64,000 nucleotides of DNA from an uncultured Granulosicoccaceae bacterium (GTDB lineage Bacteria > Pseudomonadota > Gammaproteobacteria > Granulosicoccales > Granulosicoccaceae): positions 531 to 64,530 of the forward strand of contig CAYUZB010000007.1 of assembly GCA_964449565.1 (NCBI GenBank), read 5' to 3'. The notes under the pieces are model-generated. The model had not been told where the DNA came from, searched no databases, and worked only from the letters and a program-made list of their open reading frames with translations. Made by a program: the position numbers and the translations under genes. The first letter of the stretch is position 1. The number at the start of each line of letters is the position of its first letter. Shown piece after piece: positions 29,565 to 38,760 of the stretch.

Positions 29565-30354
29565 TTTTATGTTGCAAGCTGGATTTTACTTCGCGGGCAT
29601 TTTGAAGTTCGGCAAGCTCAGAGCCAAGCGGTAGTGTGTCACTCAAGGCCAAATGACGTTGCAATAATCGCTTGATGCCATGCGTATCGCTGACACTGAT
29701 GCGTATGCGTGATGCAAGGTCTTTTATCAGTAGCTCGATTGCCTGGTGGCTCTCGGTTTCTGATGTGGGATTGGACTGGAAGTGATCGATCAGTGTGGAT
29801 ACTGGCCCGATAACCTCGGTGATCAACTCAGTAACGGATTCTTTGGTGATTTCGGCAATATCTTTACTTGGGTTGTCCGAGATCGATTTGATGCATTGGA
29901 TGCGCGTGTTGTCGAGATAGACAGAGGCGGCGCTCAGGACGCCAGAGGCTTCCATGTCGAAGGCTGCATCGTTTTGATAATCACGCGATGGCGCGTCGAG
30001 TGTATGGATGGCGATGGTGTTCATTTCCGGGAGCATTTTTGCGTTTGGCAGATGGGGGTACCAATGTTTTTCAGTCGCCTTGTCAATGACACTATTGGCA
30101 AGATAACGCGTCCCAACGTCAGCGGTGCCGCCGGCAATGCCGACGTTGACCAAGGCATCGATGCGATAGTCGTTCTGCAAGCTTGCTGCGACGGCAGCGG
30201 CGGCTTTCAATTTGCCGATTCCGGTCTCGACCAGACAGACCGAATCGCCAGAGTAATACCGTATGCCGCGAGTTTCTCGAAGGCTGAGTTTGAAATGTTC
30301 GATCAGCGGCCTGGATTCGGCGGGAAGTGCGGTACACAGGCACACGATATTCAT
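29539..30354 (-). CDS. PNP_UDP_1 (nucleoside phosphorylase / MTA-SAH nucleosidase) family protein with C-terminal extension
   Basis: ETGIGKLKAAAAVA, VNVGIAGG and FDMEASGV motifs, followed by about 80 aa of extra helical tail. Confidence 0.65.
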   Translation of the reverse strand: MNIVCLCTALPAESRPLIEHFKLSLRETRGIRYYSGDSVCLVETGIGKLKAAAAVAASLQNDYRIDALVNVGIAGGTADVGTRYLANSVIDKATEKHWYPHLPNAKMLPEMNTIAIHTLDAPSRDYQNDAAFDMEASGVLSAASVYLDNTRIQCIKSISDNPSKDIAEITKESVTELITEVIGPVSTLIDHFQSNPTSETESHQAIELLIKDLASRIRISVSDTHGIKRLLQRHLALSDTLPLGSELAELQNAREVKSSLQHKIDNIGTRY

Positions 30355-30392
30355 CAGGGTATTATACCGGCTGTATAGCGATGGAGAGTTTC

Positions 30393-30713
30393 ATGTTGAT
30401 TTCAAACCTCGAGTTTCTACCGGGGCGCAAAGTAGTGAAGCATCTAGGACTGGTTCAGGGGAGCTCGGTGAGATCCAAGCATGTCGGGCGTGATATCGCA
30501 GCAAGTTTGAAGAATCTGTTCGGTGGTGAATTAAAGGGCTACACGGAGCTCCTGTCTGATTCTCGTGATGAGGCGACTGAACGACTGGTAAAACAGGCTG
30601 AGAGTATCGGTGCCAATGCGGTACTCAATATTCGCTACAGTACCTCAAGCATCGCCTCGGGTGCCGCTGAGATATTCGTCTACGGTACGGCGGTCGAGCT
30701 GGAAGATGTTTGA
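30393..30713 (+). CDS. YbjQ/UPF0145 family protein (soluble)
   Basis: VQGSSVRSKHVGRDIAASLKNLFGGELKGYTELL...GANAVLNIRYSTS...EIFVYGTAV. GGAGAG lies 4 nt upstream of ATG 30393. Confidence 0.8.
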   Translation: MLISNLEFLPGRKVVKHLGLVQGSSVRSKHVGRDIAASLKNLFGGELKGYTELLSDSRDEATERLVKQAESIGANAVLNIRYSTSSIASGAAEIFVYGTAVELEDV

Positions 30714-31167
30714 GTTTCTCTTCCAGGGCTTTGGTGTATTGATATTGCTGATACTCGGCTATGTTTTTGGACGACTTGCCGAGCGGCGACACTTGAAGCG
30801 GATTGTCAAGCGTGAGAAGGAATCCAATGCCTTGCCCGCTATTGCCAGTCGCCATCCTCCTGATGATGAACGCTACGATTTGGTACTGGTTACCGGCAAT
30901 GTCGTGATCGCCTCCGACTATTTCAAGTCGTTTATGGCAGGCATGATCAACCTCTTTGGCGGCCGCGTCACACCGTTTGAATCGATGCTGGATCGTGCGC
31001 GACGCGAGGCGGTCTTGCGCATGAAGGATAAGGCGAAAACGAACAATGCACGCTATGTGTTCAATGTGAAGTTTGAAACTACCCGAGTTCTGGTAGGACA
31101 GCGAGGTGCGATGGAAGTGATGGCTTATGGAACTGCTTTGATTCCGCCAACATCGACGAGCTACTGA
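30706..31167 (+). CDS. YbjQ/UPF0145 domain protein with N-terminal transmembrane anchor
   Basis: From MFEFLFQGFGVLILLILGYVFGRL (TM), then VTGNVVIASDYFKSFMAGMINLFGGRVTPFESML...MEVMAYGTAL. ATGTTTGA overlap with the previous gene; the track start at 30610 is in the wrong context. Confidence 0.75.
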   Translation: MFEFLFQGFGVLILLILGYVFGRLAERRHLKRIVKREKESNALPAIASRHPPDDERYDLVLVTGNVVIASDYFKSFMAGMINLFGGRVTPFESMLDRARREAVLRMKDKAKTNNARYVFNVKFETTRVLVGQRGAMEVMAYGTALIPPTSTSY

Positions 31168-31170
31168 ATT

Positions 31171-32031
31171 ATGCAGTTCGAAAATCGTCAGGTTGTCGAA
31201 GGTGTCAATGTCACGAAGGTGCACCCGTTGAAGCAATTCATGCAGCTGCTGATTGCGACGGTCATACTGGTGGTGATAGTGGTTATTGTTCTGCGACTCT
31301 CTGGCGCGTGGTTGGCGAAACGGATTCCGTTTTCGTTTGAAGTTCAGGTCATGGATACGCTCGATATTGATTTTGGTGATGCGGCGCCGGACTCTGACAT
31401 GCGACAGTATTTGAATGCCCTGGGAGAAAAGCTTGAAGTGGCCATGGAGCTTCCCGAGGGCATGACAACGAATATTCATTATTCGACTGACGCGGTGTTC
31501 AATGCCTTTGCGACCGTCGGTGGCAATCTGATGTTCTATCGTGGCTTGCTAGAGGAGCTTCCGCATGAGAATGCTCTGGCGATGGTGCTGGCGCACGAGA
31601 TCGCCCATGTGCAACATCGTGATCCGATCGCAGGGCTTGGGGGTGGGGTAGTCAGCTCGGTGGCTTTGATCGCATTGGCGGGTCAATCGGGGACAGGGCC
31701 TGCGGGCAAGGTGCTGAATAACGCGGGTGTGCTGACCAGTATTCAATTCACGCGTCGTATGGAGCAAGAGGCTGATGCTGCAGCGATTGCGGCAGTCAAT
31801 CGAGTATACGGTCATGTCAATGGAGCCGACATGCTGTTTCATGTTTTGCAGCGCAAGGGTGCAAGCAGGCAGGACATCCCGGACACGATCCGCCGATTTA
31901 CCGAAACGCATCCTGCGCTTGAAGACAGAATTGACGCCATAGCGGCAAGGGTCTCGGCAGAGGGTTGGGATGATAGCGGTGAGTTGACGCCACTACCTGA
32001 AAAATTCAAGCTGTGGTTGCAGGGGAATTAA
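31171..32031 (+). CDS. M48 family zinc metallopeptidase, membrane-anchored
   Basis: N-terminal TM (LLIATVILVVIVVIVL), HExxH as LAHEIAHVQHRD, downstream EQEADAAA. Starts 3 nt after the previous stop. Confidence 0.8.
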   Translation: MQFENRQVVEGVNVTKVHPLKQFMQLLIATVILVVIVVIVLRLSGAWLAKRIPFSFEVQVMDTLDIDFGDAAPDSDMRQYLNALGEKLEVAMELPEGMTTNIHYSTDAVFNAFATVGGNLMFYRGLLEELPHENALAMVLAHEIAHVQHRDPIAGLGGGVVSSVALIALAGQSGTGPAGKVLNNAGVLTSIQFTRRMEQEADAAAIAAVNRVYGHVNGADMLFHVLQRKGASRQDIPDTIRRFTETHPALEDRIDAIAARVSAEGWDDSGELTPLPEKFKLWLQGN

Positions 32032-32971
32032 GCCATTGATCAATCAACAAACGTGCAATCGAATCCGGTCGCGGTAGTTGAAATTCGTATCGCTCATCTC
32101 CCCAATTGCCGAACGTCTTGAGCTCGTCACGCGTGAACCATCGGGCATCGGCCAGTTCGTGGGGGTCGATTTTGATCGTGCTGTTGGTGGCAACCGCCTG
32201 AAATCCGAGCATGATTGAACGCGGGAAGGGCCAGGGTTGTGAGGCGATATAGCGTACGTCTTCTGTCTCTATGGCTGCCTCTTCGAAGACTTCACGTTGC
32301 ACGGCTTGCTCAAGCGACTCGCCTGGTTCTACAAAACCTGCCAGTGTTGAGAACACTCCAATAGGCCAATTCGCATTGCGCCCGAGCAGACAGGCCTCTT
32401 GGCCGTCCTCTGACATCCGGGTGACCAGCATGATGACGGCTGGATCGGTGCGCGGAAAGCTGTTGTAGCCGCAGGATTCATTGGTGCAATGTCGCATATG
32501 GCCACCCATCTGACTGACCAGCGGGTGGCCGCAGCGGTGGCAGAATTTTGTGTTGCCTTGCCAGTACACCAGACCTCGTGCATAGGCGAGCAGAGCGCTA
32601 TCTTTTGCCGGCAGTGTCGGTCCGACGATTCTGAGGTCAACGAATTCTGCGGCCAAGGGTGTGCCATTTATGGTTGTTGCAGCACGGGCGATCGCTTCGC
32701 GCCTGGATTCATCAAGATCCGCCGTATCGATGGCAAAGTAGGCAATGTCGTTGTTGAATCCGAGAAATATCGGGTCCTCGTCCTCGATGACGTGTGACGC
32801 GCTCAGTGTCGCTATTTGCGGATGTTCCTTGCCTGTTTCACTGCTGACCAATGCAGTACCTTGCCAGATCAGAACAAGCCGAGTCGACGCTTTATGGCGC
32901 AACTTGTCGAGGGTTTCCGGGTCCTTGCGCAGATGATCAGCGCGGTCAAATGCGTCGTGGGTATAGAACAT
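32006..32971 (-). CDS. nudC: NAD(+) diphosphatase (NADH pyrophosphatase)
   Basis: Zinc ribbon CHRCGHPL...CTNESCG, Nudix box GFVEPGESLEQAVQREVFEEAAI, SQPWPFP motif. The start is uncertain: ATG 32971 is preferred, with 33088 or 33169 possible but running into the divergent promoter and SD of the next gene. Confidence 0.8.
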   Translation of the reverse strand: MFYTHDAFDRADHLRKDPETLDKLRHKASTRLVLIWQGTALVSSETGKEHPQIATLSASHVIEDEDPIFLGFNNDIAYFAIDTADLDESRREAIARAATTINGTPLAAEFVDLRIVGPTLPAKDSALLAYARGLVYWQGNTKFCHRCGHPLVSQMGGHMRHCTNESCGYNSFPRTDPAVIMLVTRMSEDGQEACLLGRNANWPIGVFSTLAGFVEPGESLEQAVQREVFEEAAIETEDVRYIASQPWPFPRSIMLGFQAVATNSTIKIDPHELADARWFTRDELKTFGNWGDERYEFQLPRPDSIARLLIDQWLNSPATTA

Positions 32972-33173
32972 GTCGGTGGTCCAACAGATTTTTTGTTTGT
33001 CGTATGAGTATACGTGCGCCTGTCTATACCGGTTGGATGAGTCTCCATCCTGGATTATCCCTGTTGCTGAGATAAGAGCGGTTACCATAGAGCGGCAATA
33101 AGAGCGGCAATAGCGGAAAGCACATGTCGGCGAAATTGATGTAGCAAATTCAATCTCTTGAGGAGTCAACCGT

Positions 33174-34367
33174 GTGAAAATTGAGTCGCTGGAAACCTTT
33201 GTCGTCGGTAATCCGCCGCCCCATTATGGTGGGCGTTACTTCATCTTTGTAAAGCTTCGCACGCGTTGTGGTATCGAGGGTATTGGCGAGGTCTATACCG
33301 CTACGTTCAGTCCGCAGGTAGTCGCGGCAATGATAGAAGACGTCTTCGAGCATCACTTTGTTGATGCAGATCCATTTCATATCGAGAAATTATGGCGTGC
33401 TGTTTATGGTCGTGGATATACACTGCGACCCGATATTTCATTGATGAGTGTGCTGAGCGGTCTTGAAACTGCATGCTGGGATATTGTTGGCAAGGCTGTA
33501 GACAAACCTGTCTATGAGCTGCTCGGTGGACAGGTTCATGATCGTTTGCGCAGTTACACGTATATCTATCCACGTAAGGGAGAAGATGAGTCGGTTTACA
33601 GCGATCCTGACCTTGCTGCTGAACGAGCACTTGAATATGTCGAGCTTGGATTTACTGCTCTGAAGTTTGACCCGGCGGGTGCTTACACTGTGTATGACGG
33701 TCATCAACCGTCACTGGCTGATCTTGATCGCTCAGAGAAATTTGTCAAGACATTGAGAAAAGCAGTTGGCAATCGGGCTGATCTGTTGTTTGGCACGCAC
33801 GGCCAGTTCACCACATCTGGCGCCATTCGTCTTGCGAAACGTATTGAATCCAGTGATCCCTTGTGGTTTGAGGAGCCAATACCGCCGGAAAACGCTCGTG
33901 AGATGGCGAGAGTTGCGCGACAGACATCCATTCCCATTGCCACGGGCGAGCGATTGACCACCAAATATGAATTTGCGCGTGTTCTTGAAGAGCAGGCCGC
34001 ATCGATTTTGCAAATGGCGCTGGGACGAGTAGGCGGTTTGCTTGAAGCGAAAAAAATTGCTGGGATGGCTGAGACATACTATGCGCAGATCGCCCCGCAT
34101 CTTTACTGTGGTCCGGTTGAAGGTGCTGCGAATGTTCAATTGGCTACCTGTACACCCAATTTTCTGATTCTGGAAAGCATCGAGACCTGGGGAGGTTTTC
34201 ATGCGGAGATTTTGAAATCGCCAATGCGCTGGGAGGATGGGTATGTCATTCCTCCCACTGGGCCGGGTATTGGTATTGAACTGGATGAAGATGTTGCTCG
34301 CGCTAATCCTTATACCGGGTCAGCCTTACATCTTGAAATGAGCGAAGAAGTTAGTTTGCCTGGCTGA
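33174..34367 (+). CDS. enolase-superfamily enzyme (mandelate racemase/muconate lactonizing family, acid-sugar dehydratase-like)
   Basis: 397 aa with N-terminal capping domain MKIESLETFVV...FVKLRTRCGIEGIGEVY and barrel with FDPAG / LWFEEP / ATGERL motifs. AGGAG lies 8 nt upstream of the GTG. Confidence 0.8.
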   Translation: MKIESLETFVVGNPPPHYGGRYFIFVKLRTRCGIEGIGEVYTATFSPQVVAAMIEDVFEHHFVDADPFHIEKLWRAVYGRGYTLRPDISLMSVLSGLETACWDIVGKAVDKPVYELLGGQVHDRLRSYTYIYPRKGEDESVYSDPDLAAERALEYVELGFTALKFDPAGAYTVYDGHQPSLADLDRSEKFVKTLRKAVGNRADLLFGTHGQFTTSGAIRLAKRIESSDPLWFEEPIPPENAREMARVARQTSIPIATGERLTTKYEFARVLEEQAASILQMALGRVGGLLEAKKIAGMAETYYAQIAPHLYCGPVEGAANVQLATCTPNFLILESIETWGGFHAEILKSPMRWEDGYVIPPTGPGIGIELDEDVARANPYTGSALHLEMSEEVSLPG

Positions 34368-36411
34368 ATCGGGCTTTCGCCAGTGCAAGATTCAGTGATC
34401 GTAACTCACGTTTGATTGTTTTCAAGGTGGTTTTGTTTTGTGCGTCGTTGTTTTGGCTGAATCGCACTTCGGCAAACGCTTGCTGCAGCTGTCGCAAGCG
34501 TTGTGCTTGAGTCGGGTGTGCTTCGGCGACACGTGTCAGGAATTCTTCCGGGGTCTCCGCGTTCTTGCGAATGATGCCTCGACGGGCCAGCAGACGGCAT
34601 AGCCGGTCCCAGGACTTTTCAGTTTCGGTCAGTTTGGCAGCCGCGATAGCCGGCAAGCCAAGTACGGCTAAAGACCAGAGTGCTGCAGCCAAACTGATTA
34701 CAGCGGCGATCTGCCATAGTGCTGGTTTTGCCAAGCCGAGTTTCTTCAGCAAGTTCGCCTGTGACTCATTATCGAAATTAACCACAAGACGTTGCCACTG
34801 ATGGTTCATCGCGTCCCAGTGCAAATTCAGGTCTTTGATCCAGCCACCGTTCAAACGGGCCATTCTAGGAAGCGTGTCACCATCTGGCAGCGCAGATGCT
34901 ACTCCTTGTTCGACGCGGGACGGGGCAACTGCGGCTGTCGGATCATAGCGTCGCCATGCACCATCAATATAAGCCTCGGCCCAGGCATGCGCATCGGATT
35001 GCCGAACGATCATGTAGTCCTCGTTCATCTCACCGCCCTGATAGCCCGTGACGACGCGTGATGGAATGCCGGCGCTTCGCATCATGACAACAAAAGCGGC
35101 TGCATAGTGTTCGCAGAATCCGGAGCGGGTCTGGAACATGAATTCGTCAACCGGTGCGTCACCGAGTAGTTGTGGTTTCAGGGTGTAGTGAAACGGTTTT
35201 TCGTTGAAATGATTCAGAACATTTTGTGCGAATGCGGCATCTGAACCTGCTTGTTGGCGCATTTCTCGCGCTAACGCTGTTGTTTTTAGATTCTTGCCTG
35301 CCAATTGCAGATTTTCAATGGAAGGCTTTCGCAGTGGTACCAGTTGATTGCTCAAACTTGAGCTTTGACGGTAGCGGATTACCTGGCTTACCGTGTCTTT
35401 GCTAATTAGTTGTCCATCTGCCAACAAGCGCGCGACGGGGTTGTCCTGGTTGTTATTGATACCGTCATCGCCGGATCCTGTGTGTGGTAATGACACAGGA
35501 TTGTCCAGTGCAAAAAGCCAGCGCTGCTTGTGTGGCTGCAACGTGACTGTGTAATTCACCGCATCCGCTGGATCACTATTGTTTCGCTGCAGGTTGACTG
35601 AGCGATGGGCCTCTATCGGTACGTTGACGGCGCGCTTTCCTTGTGACCATCGTTTTCCATCAAATTTGTTCAGAACCGGCCCACGCCAGTAACGCAAGGC
35701 ATTCGGTGGCGGTGATTCATCAAAATCAACGCGAAAGGCTACGGCGGGCGATTGAATGAGGTTTGCGATGGACCCAGGGTCCATGGTGTCAGATAGTCCC
35801 GTGGTTGCCATGGCATCTTCGGGTAAAGACCATAGTGGTCCAGGCAGACGTGGGAAAACCATGAATAACAGCGCCGCGATGGGTGCGCCTTGCAATAATA
35901 GTTTGCCGATGAGTTTGACTTGCGTCTTGCTGGCGACTGGGTTTTTCGGATCTCTAAGTATGCAAAGTGCATGTCCAAGCGCTACAACGGCTGGCAAGGT
36001 GACCAGCGCGGACAGAATGCTTTGCGAGTAGAAATATTGGGTGAGCAATAGAAAGGCGGCAAGGCACAGCAATAGCGTTGCGTCACTCGGGCGTTTGAGT
36101 TCAGCGCTTTTGGCCGCGACGAGCAGGAACAGAAAAGCGACCGATGGGTCACGACCGAGAAAATATCCGTACTGTAGTCTGATGATTATCGCCGCTCCGA
36201 TGGCAATGGCAGTTATCGCCCATGGGGAAAGAAGGCGTTTGATAAAACGTTTGTCGGGATAACGCAATGCCGCAAAACGAGTTGACACGATACTTGCGCC
36301 AAGCAAGCTTACCCACAGAGGCAGATGCAGAACGTGGGGGACTTGTACAAGGAATAAAAGCACTATCAAGGCTTTGATCGTGCGCGCGTCCAGTTCCTCG
36401 GTAGTGCTCAT
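34351..36411 (-). CDS. tgpA: transglutaminase TgpA-like membrane protein (DUF3488 + transglutaminase core)
   Basis: N-terminal multi-TM region and a Cys-His-Asp core (SGFCEHYAAAF...DAHAWAEAY...YDPT). Start MSTTEE gives an ATGA overlap with DUF58; the track extension to 36543 overlaps the upstream gene. Confidence 0.85.
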   Translation of the reverse strand: MSTTEELDARTIKALIVLLFLVQVPHVLHLPLWVSLLGASIVSTRFAALRYPDKRFIKRLLSPWAITAIAIGAAIIIRLQYGYFLGRDPSVAFLFLLVAAKSAELKRPSDATLLLCLAAFLLLTQYFYSQSILSALVTLPAVVALGHALCILRDPKNPVASKTQVKLIGKLLLQGAPIAALLFMVFPRLPGPLWSLPEDAMATTGLSDTMDPGSIANLIQSPAVAFRVDFDESPPPNALRYWRGPVLNKFDGKRWSQGKRAVNVPIEAHRSVNLQRNNSDPADAVNYTVTLQPHKQRWLFALDNPVSLPHTGSGDDGINNNQDNPVARLLADGQLISKDTVSQVIRYRQSSSLSNQLVPLRKPSIENLQLAGKNLKTTALAREMRQQAGSDAAFAQNVLNHFNEKPFHYTLKPQLLGDAPVDEFMFQTRSGFCEHYAAAFVVMMRSAGIPSRVVTGYQGGEMNEDYMIVRQSDAHAWAEAYIDGAWRRYDPTAAVAPSRVEQGVASALPDGDTLPRMARLNGGWIKDLNLHWDAMNHQWQRLVVNFDNESQANLLKKLGLAKPALWQIAAVISLAAALWSLAVLGLPAIAAAKLTETEKSWDRLCRLLARRGIIRKNAETPEEFLTRVAEAHPTQAQRLRQLQQAFAEVRFSQNNDAQNKTTLKTIKRELRSLNLALAKARFSQAN

Positions 36412-37367
36412 CGCGGATGTCCGTGCAAGGCAAGTGCTGTTAGTGCCTTTCTTTGTTGTTCCGGGCCGTGATTGAACTCGAGTTCCTCGGCTGGCAGTCT
36501 GAGCGCGTAGTCGGCATTGCCCGATTCCGCTTTCAATACCCACGCTGCTATACGCGATAGTTGTTCTTCCAGTGTACCTGCGCGTGCCTGTTCGAGTGAG
36601 AATTCAGTCCGCGCATCGCCAGCCTCGGTGTCGAAAGTTTTGACCTTCAGACCCAGACCTCGAGCGGCTGATTTCCAGGCGATAGAGCCGATTGAGTCGC
36701 CGGCCTGGTAGTCGCGAAGTCCGGAAACATCGCCTTGTCTCGCGCTGGTTTGCTGGGCACCGTCGGCGTCGCTCAACACACTGGGTAGTTCAGGTGGATC
36801 CGACTCTGGAACCGGATAGACAATGCCTTTGATATCGGCATGCAGATAGCTCCAGCCGGTCCACAGCCCGAGTGGCCAGTCGCTTTGCAGTGTCAGCCTT
36901 CCCAGCGACTGATATCCGCGTTTGATGGTGTTGGCACTGATTGTTACCTCAGTGGACTCCAGAGAAGCAATGGCGATATTGTCGCTTCGATTGTTTTTAG
37001 TTATCAGATTCAGACCATGGCGATCGGTGCCGCTTGGGTTGTGTACTTTCAAGTAGAAGGGTAGTTTGTCACCGGCGAAAGTGTCCCCTCCACTCATGTG
37101 CTGAACGACGATGCCGGAAATATTTTTATAGGTTTGAAGTAACGTCGCTGCGAACAATCCAGTCAGCAAAAAGCACAAGGCGTAACCAAGGCTCAGTGCA
37201 TAGTTGATAGAGGCAATCAGCATGAGCAGCAAGGCTGCCAGGAACGCCCAACCGCGACGTGTTGGCAGGATATAAATTCGCTGGTGTTCAACCTTGTGTG
37301 GCAGTAGGTCAAGCGCCTGTGTCCTGAACAGACGTTGCCAGATGTGCGACAGGGTGTTCATTTGCAA
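36408..37367 (-). CDS. DUF58 domain protein
   Basis: Two N-terminal TM helices and the DUF58 signature SGLRDYQAGDSIGSIAWKSAARG. Confidence 0.8.
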   Translation of the reverse strand: MQMNTLSHIWQRLFRTQALDLLPHKVEHQRIYILPTRRGWAFLAALLLMLIASINYALSLGYALCFLLTGLFAATLLQTYKNISGIVVQHMSGGDTFAGDKLPFYLKVHNPSGTDRHGLNLITKNNRSDNIAIASLESTEVTISANTIKRGYQSLGRLTLQSDWPLGLWTGWSYLHADIKGIVYPVPESDPPELPSVLSDADGAQQTSARQGDVSGLRDYQAGDSIGSIAWKSAARGLGLKVKTFDTEAGDARTEFSLEQARAGTLEEQLSRIAAWVLKAESGNADYALRLPAEELEFNHGPEQQRKALTALALHGHPR

Positions 37368-37378
37368 GGCTCCAACGC

Positions 37379-38332
37379 TCAGGGCATTGGAACCTGGTCC
37401 AGAATGTCTTCCGCCAATGCTTGACCGCTACTGACTCGCCCTGTCAGTCGATGTCCGCTCATCGCTGGAAAAACAGCTCTGACATCATCGGGCAGTACAT
37501 GATTTCTACCGGCGAGAAATGCATAGGCTCGCACCAGTCGAACCAAATTCAAACCCGCCCTTGGGCTCAAACCGGTACCGTGATGAACCGCACCTTCGCG
37601 TGTGATCGATAGCAGTGCCTGGATGTAGTCGAAGATGGGTGGAGCGATATGCACCTGTTCAGCGGTTTTGGACCAGGTCTTGACCTGATCAGGGTCTGTT
37701 ATGGCCGACAGTTCTGAGAGACTGGTGCGGCGATCACCATGTTCCAGTAACTCGCGTTCGATCTTTTTGTCGGGGTAGCCAATTTCGATACCGACGAGGA
37801 AGCGGTCAAGTTGCGACTCGGGCAAGGGAAAAGCCCCGAGTTGGTCAGCAGGATTTTGCGTTGCGATAACAAAGAAATCGTCGTTAAGCGGGTAGGTTTG
37901 GCCATCGACAGATACCTGACGCTCTTCCATCGCCTCCAACAGTGCGCTTTGCGCCTTCGGCGGCGCCCGGTTGATTTCATCGGCGAGCAATATGGATGTA
38001 AACACCGGGCCGGGTTTGAATTCGAAATTCTGCGTTGTTGTATTGAAGATCGACGCGCCTACGATATCTGCCGGTAACAGATCGCTGGTGAACTGAACAC
38101 GGGTCCAGGGCATGCCAAGAACGGCGCCCAGAGCTTGTGCCAAAGTTGTCTTGCCAACTCCTGGGACATCTTCAATCAACAAATGTCCTCGGGCAATCAG
38201 GCAGCTTAGCGCCAGGGTCACCTGCTCTTGCTTGCCGAGTAGGATTTGTTCAAGGGCACTCTGTGCAGTTGCAACGGGCTGGCTTGTCCCGGTTGGCAGG
38301 GAGTGGATATCGGCAGCGGCTGTTTGGTTCAT
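37379..38332 (-). CDS. MoxR-family AAA+ ATPase
   Basis: Walker A VPGVGKTT, Walker B/sensor LLADEINRAPPKAQSALLEAMEERQV, 317 aa. Confidence 0.9.
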   Translation of the reverse strand: MNQTAAADIHSLPTGTSQPVATAQSALEQILLGKQEQVTLALSCLIARGHLLIEDVPGVGKTTLAQALGAVLGMPWTRVQFTSDLLPADIVGASIFNTTTQNFEFKPGPVFTSILLADEINRAPPKAQSALLEAMEERQVSVDGQTYPLNDDFFVIATQNPADQLGAFPLPESQLDRFLVGIEIGYPDKKIERELLEHGDRRTSLSELSAITDPDQVKTWSKTAEQVHIAPPIFDYIQALLSITREGAVHHGTGLSPRAGLNLVRLVRAYAFLAGRNHVLPDDVRAVFPAMSGHRLTGRVSSGQALAEDILDQVPMP

Positions 38333-38699
38333 ACAAGCGTTATCGGCTGATAGAGCCGGGACTCCTGTGTGTATGGGCCCGGCGTGGGTGTATTTCGTTT
38401 ACTGACACGTAATCTGTGAGCAATGCCTCAATTCCTGTCCGGCAATATCGCCAGTCGAACTGTAAGCGCCACCCGGTTGATACACAATTCATTTGTCAAA
38501 AGAATTGCTCGTGAATTAATCCTGACCGCCAATCTCCTTACAAGTTGCTTTTTCTGTCTGGTGCTTGGTATTCCAGTGGGGTTGTCGCTTGGGGTTAGGG
38601 TTATGCCACCCACGAAATCGATCAATGCCCCGAATATCCTGTTTTTATGTCGGGCGACGAGCGAACGGACTGGCAATTTTGACGCGGCAGGACAACAGC

Positions 38700-38760
38700 C
38701 CCTGTCGGAAGTGCAGTCGGTGTACGCGCCCCAATAATCAAGGCCCTGTCGCCAGTGCAG
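38700..38760. promoter_or_regulatory. pair of 17-bp direct repeats upstream of the DUF349 gene (candidate operator)
   Basis: CCCTGTCGGAAGTGCAG (38700-38716) and CCCTGTCGCCAGTGCAG (38744-38760) match at 15 of 17 positions with a 44-bp centre-to-centre spacing. They lie 70-130 bp upstream of ATG 38831. Confidence 0.35.

Noticed and set aside
29782-30378. 198-aa plus-strand ORF
   Set aside because: It is antisense to the nucleosidase-family gene and has no motif, so it is a shadow ORF.
30625-31479. 284-aa minus-strand ORF
   Set aside because: It is antisense to the YbjQ(TM) and M48 genes, both of which have clear family motifs. Its composition is Arg/His-rich, so it is a shadow ORF.
36412-36543. 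N-terminal extension of the tgpA ORF in the track (start at 36543)
   Set aside because: It would overlap the DUF58 gene by 136 nt, and the extension is Arg/Gly/Thr-rich junk. The internal ATG at 36411 gives the ATGA coupling typical of this window.
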